Shown here: piece after piece, positions 46,174 through 55,082 of the stretch
How positions within the stretch are numbered: position 1 is the first letter of the stretch
Layout: the number at the start of each line of letters is the position of its first letter
Assembly (NCBI GenBank): GCA_049322955.1
Contig: JBMOPU010000012.1
Location: 543,199 to 607,198 of the forward strand
DNA from: Patescibacteria group bacterium
GTDB taxonomy: Bacteria > Patescibacteriota > Microgenomatia > UBA10105 > UBA927
DNA length: 64,000 bases
Direction: 5' to 3'
Notes under the pieces: generated by a model
What the model was told of the DNA's origin: nothing
Database searches by the model: none
What the model saw: the letters and a program-made list of their open reading frames with translations, nothing else
Translations under genes and position numbers: made by a program

Positions 46174-46893
46174 ATGAGCGGACATTCCAAATGGAGTAAG
46201 GTAAAACATCAGAAAGCGACGACGGATGCCGTCAAAAGCCGGGCATTTACCAAAGCATCACGTGCCATCACCGTCGCTGTTCGCGAGGGAGGAAACATCG
46301 CCGATCCCGATAAGAACTTTCACCTGCGACTTGCCATTGAACTTGCCCGTTCAGTGAACATGCCCAAAGATACCATCGAGCGCGCGATAGAAAAAGGTGT
46401 CGGCGGCGGGGGAGTTGCCTTGGAAAATTTGGTGTACGAAGGGTACGGTCCGGGAGGAGTGGCGTATGTCGTGGAAGCGACCACCGATAATCACCAGCGG
46501 ACGGGCTCGGAGGTGAAGCATCAGTTTGATCGGTTTGGCGGATCGCTTGCCACCCCCGGCGCGGTGTTGTATCAGTTCAAGAAAAGCGGCGTCATATTAG
46601 TGGCAAAAGCAGGAAACACCTTCGATGCGTTATTTGATAGGGCGGTTGCCGCGGGCGCCGATGATCTCATCGAAAAAGACGATGTGTATGAAATATATAC
46701 GTCGGGCACGATGCTGGATAAGGTGAAAAAGCAATTGGAATCGGAAGGCATTGTCATAGAAACCGCTGAGTTTATCATGCGATCTACCGTCCAGGTTTCG
46801 GTCACCGATGACCTTCGGGAGAAAAATGATGCGCTTATGGACGCGCTTGAATCGCTTGATGACGTGTCAAACGTGTATAGCACCATGGAGTAA
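46174..46893 (+). CDS. yebC: YebC/PmpR-family probable transcriptional regulator
   Basis: MSGHSKWSKVKHQKA..., conserved YEGYGPGGVAYVVEATTDN. ATG at 46174; the upstream 27 codons of the ORF-track version overlap the divergent TPR gene. Confidence 0.9.
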   Translation: MSGHSKWSKVKHQKATTDAVKSRAFTKASRAITVAVREGGNIADPDKNFHLRLAIELARSVNMPKDTIERAIEKGVGGGGVALENLVYEGYGPGGVAYVVEATTDNHQRTGSEVKHQFDRFGGSLATPGAVLYQFKKSGVILVAKAGNTFDALFDRAVAAGADDLIEKDDVYEIYTSGTMLDKVKKQLESEGIVIETAEFIMRSTVQVSVTDDLREKNDALMDALESLDDVSNVYSTME

Positions 46894-47744
46894 TGATGAA
46901 ACGGATTATTGCACCTCTTATCGATACGGTAACCAAACGCTATAAACGGTGGGAGCGAACCCAACCGTTTAGTAAACGTCAGCAGTTTGTCGGTATTACG
47001 GGCATTCTGACGATTCTTTTGATGTTGACGCAACTGATGCCGTTGGATTTTCGTTATCCCATGGTAGCGGCGCTGTTTGTCGTCAGTTATTTGCTTTGCG
47101 CGTTTGCGCTTCGCGATGACTTGCGGGGTGCCGAGTGGGGAACACTGCTTATTCTTCCCTCGTTTTTTACCGCCGCTGTGGCGGTGTTTTACTTTTTGCT
47201 TCCTACCCGCTGGTTGACCAGACTCCCGATTGCCGTGTTATACGCGATAGGGATGTACGCGTTGTTACTTACCGAAAATATCTACAATGTTGCGGCGGCA
47301 AGAACTATCGCATTGCTTCGTGCGGCACACTCGGTGGGATTTCTGCTCACGTTGGCAACCTATTTTCTTTTGGTACAAACCGTATTGGCGTATCGGTTTT
47401 ACGGTTGGACAAACGCACTGTTTATCGGTCTTATTACCTATCCGTTGACCTTACAAATTCTCTGGGCGATAAATCTTGAACCGGCGGTAGGGAAGCGGGT
47501 GAGGGAACTTACCCGTATCATTACCCTTGTTCTGTTTGAACTTGCCTGGATATGTTCGTTACTTCCCGTACGGACGACATTACTGGCGCTTTTTTTGACG
47601 GCCTGTTTTTACGGACTGGCGGGGATGGGGCAACAGTATTTGGCGGATCGACTCTACAAGCGCACCGTGTGGGAGTTTTTTGGGGTGGTCGCCATAGTCG
47701 GTCTTATTTTGCTTGTCACGTTAAATTGGCGGACCGCGTTGTAA
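46893..47744 (+). CDS. Hypothetical polytopic membrane protein
   Basis: Seven to eight TM helices; start overlaps the yebC stop. Confidence 0.4.
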   Translation: MMKRIIAPLIDTVTKRYKRWERTQPFSKRQQFVGITGILTILLMLTQLMPLDFRYPMVAALFVVSYLLCAFALRDDLRGAEWGTLLILPSFFTAAVAVFYFLLPTRWLTRLPIAVLYAIGMYALLLTENIYNVAAARTIALLRAAHSVGFLLTLATYFLLVQTVLAYRFYGWTNALFIGLITYPLTLQILWAINLEPAVGKRVRELTRIITLVLFELAWICSLLPVRTTLLALFLTACFYGLAGMGQQYLADRLYKRTVWEFFGVVAIVGLILLVTLNWRTAL

Positions 47745-47819
47745 AAAATAATATTGCGCGTTTTTCATCATCGCACATGGCCTCATCCAGGCACGCCGGC
47801 GGGAGAGTGGGAGAGTGAT

Positions 47820-48460
47820 ATAGTCTGATATAGTTGATATAGTTTGATACGGGTAGGGAAAACTATAGGGCATAATGTGGATAATTAATTTCACGGGGTA
47901 TACATACTGTTTTCACGATCCTCTAATAGCCTCGACTTAGCCTCAACAAGCTGAAAAACTATAGGGTAGAGTTGTGCCTCTGCTCCGGGTATAGCGAGGC
48001 ACATTGCACGCTCCCTTCCTCTCCCTTGAGTACACAAAGTGTGCGATAAAACATCGATTTGGATTGTTGTAACGCTCTAAATACGACTATTTACTGTTCT
48101 TCAGGAGGAGCGAAAGTAGCCTCGAAAATATTAGTTTAGCGCGTATTGATGGGCTAAATAAAACCGAAAACGTGAAGTGTTAGCAGGAGTCACCCATATA
48201 GCGCTAAACGATATGTTTTTATCCGTCTGCGCGCGAGAGCATGGGAATTGTAAGGCTAAAAATACATAATCGGAGCTTCAATACGCTCTATTCTATCAAG
48301 GCCGAGACGTCATTTTATTCGAGTATTTAGCCTCAAAAAATACCATTTGGAGCGTATTAATGCGCTAAATTGCGACATCTCTTGATTATCGAATGCATCC
48401 GGAGTAGGGAGTTTAGCCTCGAAATATCGCATTTGGAGCGTATTAATGCGCTAAATAATT
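47820..48460. repeat. Non-coding repeat cluster: three direct copies of a ~45-nt unit (TTTAGCCTC - N - GGAGCGTATTAATGCGCTAAAT), an inverted core copy, tandem GATATAGTT, and duplicated AAAACTATAGGG
   Basis: Unit copies at 48117-48159 (divergent), 48326-48370 and 48412-48456 (41 of 45 nt identical). Inverted core GGAGCTTCAATACGCTC at 48272-48288. GATATAGTT x2 at about 47828-47845. AAAACTATAGGG at 47859 and 47955. Perfect GTGCCTC/GAGGCAC hairpin at 47974-48002. Perfect DnaA-box 9-mer TGTGGATAA at 47876-47884. Confidence 0.8.
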
Positions 48461-49012
48461 TTCACAATAAAAAACCCGAATGACCGTTTTTTGCCTGTAT
48501 ATTCGTAGTACAATCGCAAAGAAATGTTGATCGATCGCAGAGCATGGAATAGCCACGATTGCATGCGGAAGAGAGGTGTCTATGGCTCCTATCTCCCTCA
48601 ATGCCTTTCGCGCATAATCATCCGACGTCTCCGGGCGCATTTTGGGCGGTTTCCCTGTCAGGGGGAAGAATTGCTTACATAGTCGCACAATAATACTTTT
48701 ACGACGTCACGAAAAAGAGCCTGCCTGGAGAAGACCCCGACTCGCGCCTATTGTGTCCGCAATGTTTTTCCGTTTGGCGTTGCTATTTATGTCCGTACAT
48801 TTCCGAAAATTTTTCCTATATATTCCCCGGTTTGTCCGCCGCCGTTTTATGCGTTTGTTTTTGCTCGCGAGATTTTCTTCAACCGCTGGATATGCGCGGT
48901 TTTCCCGTCAAAACGCGCCAACTAGTTTGTTGTCAAATGGATGAGATGAACGCTCATACGTCTTTGATAAATCAGGGGCCTTCTAGGTCATTACAGGGGC
49001 TCAAATTTGAAG

Positions 49013-49711
49013 CTATTTTTGCCGAAACCGATAGGTGCCGAAAACCTTTGTTTTTGACGGGTGTGCACCTGCGTTTGTGCGAATGACTGATACATCGGCG
49101 GCGGTAAAATTTCCGAGCGGCACATCCCTGTGAGTTGCAAGTTGCGCAAGAAATGATTGTCGCGGTGCATGCGTATATCGGCAGATCGTGATGTTGGCAA
49201 AAACCATCTCATCGGTAAAATATGTTTTGTCGTCAGGCACGCCGGCGGCAATGAGCTGTTGGCGCAAATCCCGTATGAACGCGTCATACCGAGGTTCGAT
49301 AAGTGCGATAACTGAGACGCTGGTCGGCATGCTGAGGAGCCCGCACAAGGTAAATGAAAACGGCTCGTATCGGGCTGTCATATCCGCAAGAACGGTTTGT
49401 ACTGCGGTGATATCCGACTCGGTAAAATGCGGCGGACTGTTGATCACGCGAACGTTTTGAATGGTCAAATGCAGACTGTCCCGGCCGTAATAATAAAAAT
49501 CCGGCTCGATAGTTTGGAGCTTATTAATAAGCTTATTGTGAATGCTATTGGCAATATCAGCGCCAACAAAGGATACGGCCGTCAGACATAACTGCGGATC
49601 GTTTGCATAGTCGGTTTGGAGCGGTACAATCGTAGAAACCGTAGCACCGCGAGCGAGGGAAGATTCCATATGGCGCATCAGGACCAGCTGTCTTTGTTGG
49701 TATGGCGTCAT
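49013..49711 (-). CDS. 2H-phosphoesterase-superfamily (LigT-like) protein, second HxT motif degenerate
   Basis: First half carries the canonical HLTI (H-x-T-x). The equivalent position in the second half reads NITI (His replaced by Asn). Fold-level call only. Confidence 0.35.
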   Translation of the reverse strand: MTPYQQRQLVLMRHMESSLARGATVSTIVPLQTDYANDPQLCLTAVSFVGADIANSIHNKLINKLQTIEPDFYYYGRDSLHLTIQNVRVINSPPHFTESDITAVQTVLADMTARYEPFSFTLCGLLSMPTSVSVIALIEPRYDAFIRDLRQQLIAAGVPDDKTYFTDEMVFANITICRYTHAPRQSFLAQLATHRDVPLGNFTAADVSVIRTNAGAHPSKTKVFGTYRFRQK

Positions 49712-49772
49712 GGAACAATTCTACCATATTGACATGACACTGATGTCGTACAATTATAGATTGTAACGACGT

Positions 49773-50726
49773 ATGGATATCGATAAGCTTATTAAAGATT
49801 TTCTGGAATATTTAGAAATTGAGCGAAATGTTTCGCGACTTACCATCCGCAACTATTCGCACTATTTACAGCGGTTTTTTGATTTTTTGGCGGGCCCTCG
49901 GGACCCCTCCTCCCCTCCCCTGTCCGTGAAAATCGTGAAAATTTCAGAGATTAATCCCGAGAATATCCGACAGTACCGCCTGTATTTGTCACGTTTTGTC
50001 GATGAAAAAGGCATGTCGCTAAAGCGGGTGACGCAAAATTACCATTTGATTGCCTTACGAAGTTTCCTCAAGTATTTGGCCAAACGGGACATCATGACGG
50101 TTTCCCCCGACAAAATTGATCTGCCGAAAGCCGAAAGCCGATCCATCAAATTTTTAGAGCGCAACGATGTTGAGCGGCTTATGAACATGCCGGATATGAA
50201 CACCAAGGAAGGCGTCCGGGACAAAGCTATCCTGGAAGTGCTGTTTTCGACGGGGCTTCGCGTATCCGAACTCGTGAGTTTGAATCGTGATCAGATAAAC
50301 CTTGACCGGCGTGAATTTAGCGTCATCGGAAAAGGCCGGCGAACCCGCATCGTATTTTTGTCCGAACGTGCCGCCGAATGGCTCAGAAAATATCTCGCGA
50401 CCCGCGAAGATGACCTTCGGCCCGTCTTTATCCGCTATAGCGGCAAAACACCCGATGAACACGATACGACCGGCGAATCGGTGCGGCTCACCGCACGATC
50501 CGTTCAACGCAGTGTGGAAAAATATGTCAAAAAAGCAAAACTTATGGTTAAAATTACGCCGCATGGGCTTCGGCACACGTTCGCAACCGATCTTCTGGGA
50601 AACGGTGCGGATCTTCGCGCGATCCAGGAGTTGTTGGGACATAAAAACGTGTCCACCACCCAAATCTATACGCACATCACCAATCCGCAACTCAAGGAAA
50701 TACACGATAAATTTCATAGCAAATGA
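49773..50726 (+). CDS. Tyrosine site-specific recombinase XerC/XerD family
   Basis: N-terminal core-binding domain (FLEYLEIERNVSRLTIRNYSHYLQRF). Catalytic R (LRVSE), HGLRHTFAT, LGHKNVSTTQIYTHI (nucleophilic Tyr); 317 aa. Confidence 0.88.
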   Translation: MDIDKLIKDFLEYLEIERNVSRLTIRNYSHYLQRFFDFLAGPRDPSSPPLSVKIVKISEINPENIRQYRLYLSRFVDEKGMSLKRVTQNYHLIALRSFLKYLAKRDIMTVSPDKIDLPKAESRSIKFLERNDVERLMNMPDMNTKEGVRDKAILEVLFSTGLRVSELVSLNRDQINLDRREFSVIGKGRRTRIVFLSERAAEWLRKYLATREDDLRPVFIRYSGKTPDEHDTTGESVRLTARSVQRSVEKYVKKAKLMVKITPHGLRHTFATDLLGNGADLRAIQELLGHKNVSTTQIYTHITNPQLKEIHDKFHSK

Positions 50727-51760
50727 CGAATCAAACGAGTCTTTCCGGACTTCGGGTGACGGTGTTATACAACAAGCCTGCCGCACGGTTTGCCGCGGAT
50801 GCCACGCATATCGTTGCGGAGGAAGATACCGAGGAATCTGCCCGGGAAATCGCCGAAGCCCTGAAGAGCAAAGGCATGGTTCCCTCACTTGCGCCTATCA
50901 CGGAACATGACAGCCAAAAAGTGATTGAAAATCTCCCCGATGATTTAGTGTTCAATCTTATCGAATGGACCGGCATTGACACGCCGTATGCGATACAAGC
51001 ATATGAGTACATGCATGCAAAAGGGCTTTCCTATACCGGGGCCGCACTTGATACCTATTTGCTTTCCTGCGACAAGTCCGTAATGAAAGCGCGTCTTGAG
51101 TCAGCACATCTTCCGACCGCACGGTGGCAACTATTCAAAACGGGAGACGAAACCGTGCGGGATGATTTTCACTATCCGTTAATCGTCAAGGTGAGCAGTG
51201 AACACTCGAGCGTAGGGCTTACCAAGGAAGCCATCGTGCAGAACGCGGAAGAAGCAAAAAAAATGGTTAATAAACGACTTATCGAGTATCGGCAACCGGT
51301 GTATATCGAAGAGTTTTTGACGGGTCGTGAATTTCAGGTGACGCTACTTGAGCGCGAAAGCGGACTTTCGGTATTACCGATTTCCGAGGTGCAATACACC
51401 AAAAAGACCGATGTTCCTTTTTTGACTTACAACAGCCGATGGGATGCGACACACCATGACTATAACAATTCGCTCGTATTGCTTGCGCATTTAACCGCGT
51501 CACTTGAGAAGAAAATTCATGACATGAGTGTTACGGCGTTTCGTACCTTCGGGTACCGTGACTACGCACGGTTTGATATCCGGTGTCAGGATGAGTCTCC
51601 CATGTTTTTGGAGATAAATTCCAATCCGGGATTAAGCGATGATGAAGAGTACGGTATGACCGTATCCTACAAAGCCGTCGGTATGACGTTTGCCGATGTG
51701 GTTGAGGAAATCGTCAGAAGCGCGCTTCGGCGAAAAGAAAGAACCGGGGTTACGGGATAA
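50723..51760 (+). CDS. ATP-grasp ligase of the D-alanine-D-alanine ligase family
   Basis: Ddl-like N-domain and an ATP-grasp core (PLIVKVSSEHSSVG, EEFLTGREFQVTLLE, FLEINSNPGL). The ATG overlaps the xer stop (ATGA). Confidence 0.6.
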   Translation: MTNQTSLSGLRVTVLYNKPAARFAADATHIVAEEDTEESAREIAEALKSKGMVPSLAPITEHDSQKVIENLPDDLVFNLIEWTGIDTPYAIQAYEYMHAKGLSYTGAALDTYLLSCDKSVMKARLESAHLPTARWQLFKTGDETVRDDFHYPLIVKVSSEHSSVGLTKEAIVQNAEEAKKMVNKRLIEYRQPVYIEEFLTGREFQVTLLERESGLSVLPISEVQYTKKTDVPFLTYNSRWDATHHDYNNSLVLLAHLTASLEKKIHDMSVTAFRTFGYRDYARFDIRCQDESPMFLEINSNPGLSDDEEYGMTVSYKAVGMTFADVVEEIVRSALRRKERTGVTG

Positions 51761-52343
51761 ATACCCGCGCGGTTTCGGTACGGAAATACGGCAGAGACTC
51801 CGGATCGCGGGCCACCACCATCATGAGTTGCGGTTGCCATTTTCTGATAAGGCGGAATTTTTTGCTGTGTTTGGTGAGTCTTCGGCGCTTGTAATCAAAG
51901 TCCCACCATCGGGAACGGAAATCCGACCAGTCATATGATTTCCGCTTACCCGTCGCGCTATCCAAAAGCACAATTCGTGACTTACTCGAAAGATATGATG
52001 CGACCATAGCCCAGTGCCCGCTTTCTTCCTGCGGCTTATATTTGTCATCGAGATCATACAGATAGGAAACGATAACCGCGCGTTGTTCTTTCGGACGATA
52101 CTTTAACGCGCTCTGCAGGTGATGCAGTGTTGCGTATTCCATGACCATCACGGATAATCCCAGCTTGTTTGCGGCTTCTATCATGTGCTTGGTTGAAGTA
52201 CCGTTTCTGCCCGTTTTACACAGTTCGATTAAGCGCTTCATGGATGCGCGAAGACCCAAATATTCCGCGACATGTTTCAGCGATACGGGACCGCACGTAA
52301 TGTCGTCGGGCTGTTGAATCGGTTTTATATTTTTTCTACCCAT
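51750..52343 (-). CDS. Papain-like cysteine peptidase, C39-like (Peptidase_C39_2 / BtrH-N-like), cytoplasmic
   Basis: Start set at MGRKNIKPIQQP. Candidate catalytic Cys in DDITCGPVSL and His in SGHWAMV. No signal peptide. Confidence 0.45.
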   Translation of the reverse strand: MGRKNIKPIQQPDDITCGPVSLKHVAEYLGLRASMKRLIELCKTGRNGTSTKHMIEAANKLGLSVMVMEYATLHHLQSALKYRPKEQRAVIVSYLYDLDDKYKPQEESGHWAMVASYLSSKSRIVLLDSATGKRKSYDWSDFRSRWWDFDYKRRRLTKHSKKFRLIRKWQPQLMMVVARDPESLPYFRTETARVFIP

Positions 52344-52518
52344 AGTAATTGATTTGTCGGCGTTGTTAAAAAACGAGAGAGGTCTTGCGGAGCGGAATCC
52401 TGCTCCGCAGGACGGTTGGAACAACCATTTTACCCCGCTGGGAAAATGCCATCAAGACCTATAGTTTGCTCTTCAGCGGGCTGAAGCTAAACCGTTTGAG
52501 CGGATAAGCTATCTGAAG

Positions 52519-53256
52519 CTACTGGATCTCGTAGCTGAGGCTCACGTTGACCGAAAGCTCCGAGGTGCCCGGTTCCACTTCTGTGGGGGCTCCTCCGCCG
52601 GACATCGGCAGAGCTTTTTCTGCGGTATCATACATCAACGGCCTTGGGTATGAACCGTTTCCTTCACTGTAATTGATGACTCTCCCGAGTTTAAAGCCGG
52701 CGGCACGGGCCGCGGCTTCCGCTTTTGCCTTTGCATCACTAACCGCCGCTTCTCGCGCCTGATTTTCCGCCTTTGTTTTATCATCGACGTCAAAACTCAC
52801 CCCTCCCACCTCGTTTGCTCCCTCGCGGGTCGCGCCGTCGATCACACTGTTTATTGAATCGATTTTTCTCACCTTCACCGAAAGCTGGGAGCTTGCCTGA
52901 TAGCCGGTAACCCGTTGGGTACCTGATGAATAATCATAAGTCGGCGAGATATGATAATAACTCGTTTTTATATCTTTGGCATCCACGCCGAGTTTTTTGA
53001 TTGCCGCACTTACGGCGTTCATCTTGGTATTTAACTCATCCTGCACTTTGGTGACTGACGAACCTTGTGCGGTGACGCCGAGCGATACGACGGCAACATC
53101 GGGAATGAGCGTTACTTTTCCCTCACCGCTGACGGTAAAGGTATCTGTTTTTGTCGTCGTTACGCTGTTAATCGAAAAAGGCAACGGTCCCGCGAGTTTC
53201 GTATAGGCAAACAGCATAATAAAGAAGAGTACGATTGCACCTGAAATATCTTTCAT
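52519..53256 (-). CDS. SIMPL-domain (DUF541, BP26/OMP28-like) protein, membrane-anchored
   Basis: Start at the ATG preceded by AAAGGAGGGAAT; it overlaps the folD stop (ATATGA). N-terminal TM helix, SIMPL-like beta-alpha core, Gly-rich segment SGGGAPTEVEPG. Confidence 0.6.
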   Translation of the reverse strand: MKDISGAIVLFFIMLFAYTKLAGPLPFSINSVTTTKTDTFTVSGEGKVTLIPDVAVVSLGVTAQGSSVTKVQDELNTKMNAVSAAIKKLGVDAKDIKTSYYHISPTYDYSSGTQRVTGYQASSQLSVKVRKIDSINSVIDGATREGANEVGGVSFDVDDKTKAENQAREAAVSDAKAKAEAAARAAGFKLGRVINYSEGNGSYPRPLMYDTAEKALPMSGGGAPTEVEPGTSELSVNVSLSYEIQ

Positions 53257-54122
53257 ATATTCCCTCCTTTTTGTATAGTACATGCTTTGACAAGATTTTT
53301 CATGAGACAGGCGACATTAATAGGACCCACACCTCCCGGCGTCGGGGTATAGTATGACGCGACATCGGCTATCGCCGCTTCGTCGTAATCACCGTTAAGC
53401 TTTCCTTCACTATCCCGCCATATGCCGACGCTGATAAGCGTCGCTCCTTGTCGGATCGCGGACGGGACGATGACATCCCGTTTTCCGACGCAGGAAATAA
53501 TGATATCGGAAGCGGCGGTGACGGCGGAAGGATTCGGAGTTTGTGAATGGATTATAGACGTCGCACAATTATGCTTTGCGAAATAACGGGAGATAGGTGC
53601 TCCCGCAGTCTCCCCCCTGCCGATAATGGCTATTTTTTGGGAGCGTAGCCATTGCCACAACGAATCTTCGGTATGAGGTGCACTCGCACCCTCCTGCGGA
53701 AGAGACCGCAGTATCTCCCCTATCGCAAGCGCGACGGGTACTTCAAACGGACTATCGGAAAGAAATCCGTCAACATCTTTTTCTTTACGGATTTTTTGTA
53801 AGACGTCGGCAACCCCTCCCACTTCCTCAGGGATCGGTCGTTGCACGATAAGGCCGTGGATCAAGTGATCCTTATTAAACCGATTGATCAGATTGTAGAG
53901 TCCGCCTGAAGTGAGTGACGGCGGTTGGTGTTCGAGAACGAGTCGTGCCCCTATTCGTTCTGCGGCTTTTTGTTTCTGCTTGATGTAGGCGAGACTTGCC
54001 GGATTGTCTCCGATCAAGATGACCGCAAGGGTAGGATCGATCCCCTGTTCCTTCAGTGACGCGACATCATCCGAAAGTCGTGTTAAGAGGGATTCAGCGA
54101 TAAATTTTCCGTCGATACGCAT
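53253..54122 (-). CDS. folD: Bifunctional 5,10-methylene-tetrahydrofolate dehydrogenase / methenyl-THF cyclohydrolase
   Basis: MRIDGKFIAESL start aligns with canonical FolD N-termini. Conserved YIKQKQKAAERIG, PEEV ... KDVDG, Rossmann GRGETAGAPI. Confidence 0.9.
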   Translation of the reverse strand: MRIDGKFIAESLLTRLSDDVASLKEQGIDPTLAVILIGDNPASLAYIKQKQKAAERIGARLVLEHQPPSLTSGGLYNLINRFNKDHLIHGLIVQRPIPEEVGGVADVLQKIRKEKDVDGFLSDSPFEVPVALAIGEILRSLPQEGASAPHTEDSLWQWLRSQKIAIIGRGETAGAPISRYFAKHNCATSIIHSQTPNPSAVTAASDIIISCVGKRDVIVPSAIRQGATLISVGIWRDSEGKLNGDYDEAAIADVASYYTPTPGGVGPINVACLMKNLVKACTIQKGGNI

Positions 54123-55005
54123 AGATGCGTTCTGCAACGGCTGACCAATTAAGCTCAGGCAATACCATGGCAGTAATGATCAGTATACCGCCGATTATGG
54201 CAGGAAGCGAGGGGGTGGTTTTAAACAAGACCGAGTCGAATAACAACACAAACACGATTTCACTTAACATGACAAGGCTTCCCAATTGCGCGTCAAGTTT
54301 GCGAAAGCCGTGGATAACGAGCAGAGCCGTCACGATGAAAATAACGCCCGTAAGTAAGCTCGCGCCCTGGGTGAGCGATACCTCGGCAAGCGGCCACCGT
54401 TCGCCGAGGAAAAATGATATCGCCATAAACAGCGGCACGGCAAGCGCATTATCCAAAAACGTCAATTGGGTGGCGGGGTACTCGGTGATTTTCTTGGAAG
54501 AAATACCCCAGAATGACGAAGATACCCCCGAAAGAAACGCCAGGAAAACAAAAAGCGGGCCGTGCAGTGACACTCCCACCCCATACACAAACAACAATCC
54601 GATAAGGGCAAGACCCAGCGAACACCAGCGAAGGAGGGTGGTTTTTTCACCGAACATGAGTGCCCCCAATACAAATCCCGCAACCGTCATCCCGCCGTAG
54701 AATATAAAATAGGACAGGCTCACGGGTAACACATTCACCGTTACGAAAAACAAAAGAAATGACGCACTGCCGGCGAGCATCCGCAGGGTGATCCATAATC
54801 GGGAAGATTTCGCGACCGGCTTCCAGGATTTATAACTCCACAGCATCAGCAGTGATGCAAGCAAATACTTGGTCCAGCTTTGGTAAAAAAGCGGCAGGCT
54901 ATAGCCGATGTATTTTGAGAGGAATCCGATGGTGGCGTAAAGAAACGTGGCACCGATCAGACTGGTCATGCCGGAAAGGTGGTTCTGGGTGATAGTTCTT
55001 TTCAT
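54094..55005 (-). CDS. EamA/DMT-superfamily transporter
   Basis: Ten TM helices in two EamA repeats. 3' end overlaps the folD start by 29 nt. Confidence 0.7.
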   Translation of the reverse strand: MKRTITQNHLSGMTSLIGATFLYATIGFLSKYIGYSLPLFYQSWTKYLLASLLMLWSYKSWKPVAKSSRLWITLRMLAGSASFLLFFVTVNVLPVSLSYFIFYGGMTVAGFVLGALMFGEKTTLLRWCSLGLALIGLLFVYGVGVSLHGPLFVFLAFLSGVSSSFWGISSKKITEYPATQLTFLDNALAVPLFMAISFFLGERWPLAEVSLTQGASLLTGVIFIVTALLVIHGFRKLDAQLGSLVMLSEIVFVLLFDSVLFKTTPSLPAIIGGILIITAMVLPELNWSAVAERIYAYRRKIYR

Positions 55006-55032
55006 GACCGTTAGTATAACAGTTTCATACTG

Positions 55033-55063
55033 TTGACAGATATATCCCGCTTCCCTGTATAGT
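55033..55063 (+). promoter_or_regulatory. Candidate sigma70-type promoter (perfect -35 TTGACA, 19-nt spacer, TATAGT) upstream of the second SIMPL gene
   Basis: Hexamers read directly from the sequence. AAGGAG RBS at 55070-55075, 7 nt before the ATG at 55083. Confidence 0.4.
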
Positions 55064-55082
55064 AGAGATAAGGAGTTTTTTT

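Noticed and set aside
47870-47896. dif site for the adjacent Xer recombinase (GCATAATGTGGATAATTAAT resembles the XerC arm CATAAT)
   Set aside because: The XerD arm and dyad symmetry are poor. Gene-strand orientation across the window does not show a clean convergence that would indicate a terminus.
47820-48460. CRISPR array
   Set aside because: The repeats are not identical, spacing is irregular (about 209 and 86 bp), the units are internally dyad-symmetric like protein-binding sites, and there are no cas genes in the window.
52371-52396. Perfect 8-bp hairpin TGCGGAGC-ggaatcc-GCTCCGCA downstream of the SIMPL gene, as an intrinsic terminator
   Set aside because: On the minus strand the U-run starts about 12 nt after the stem. 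It might still be a processing or attenuator structure, but it is not a confident terminator.
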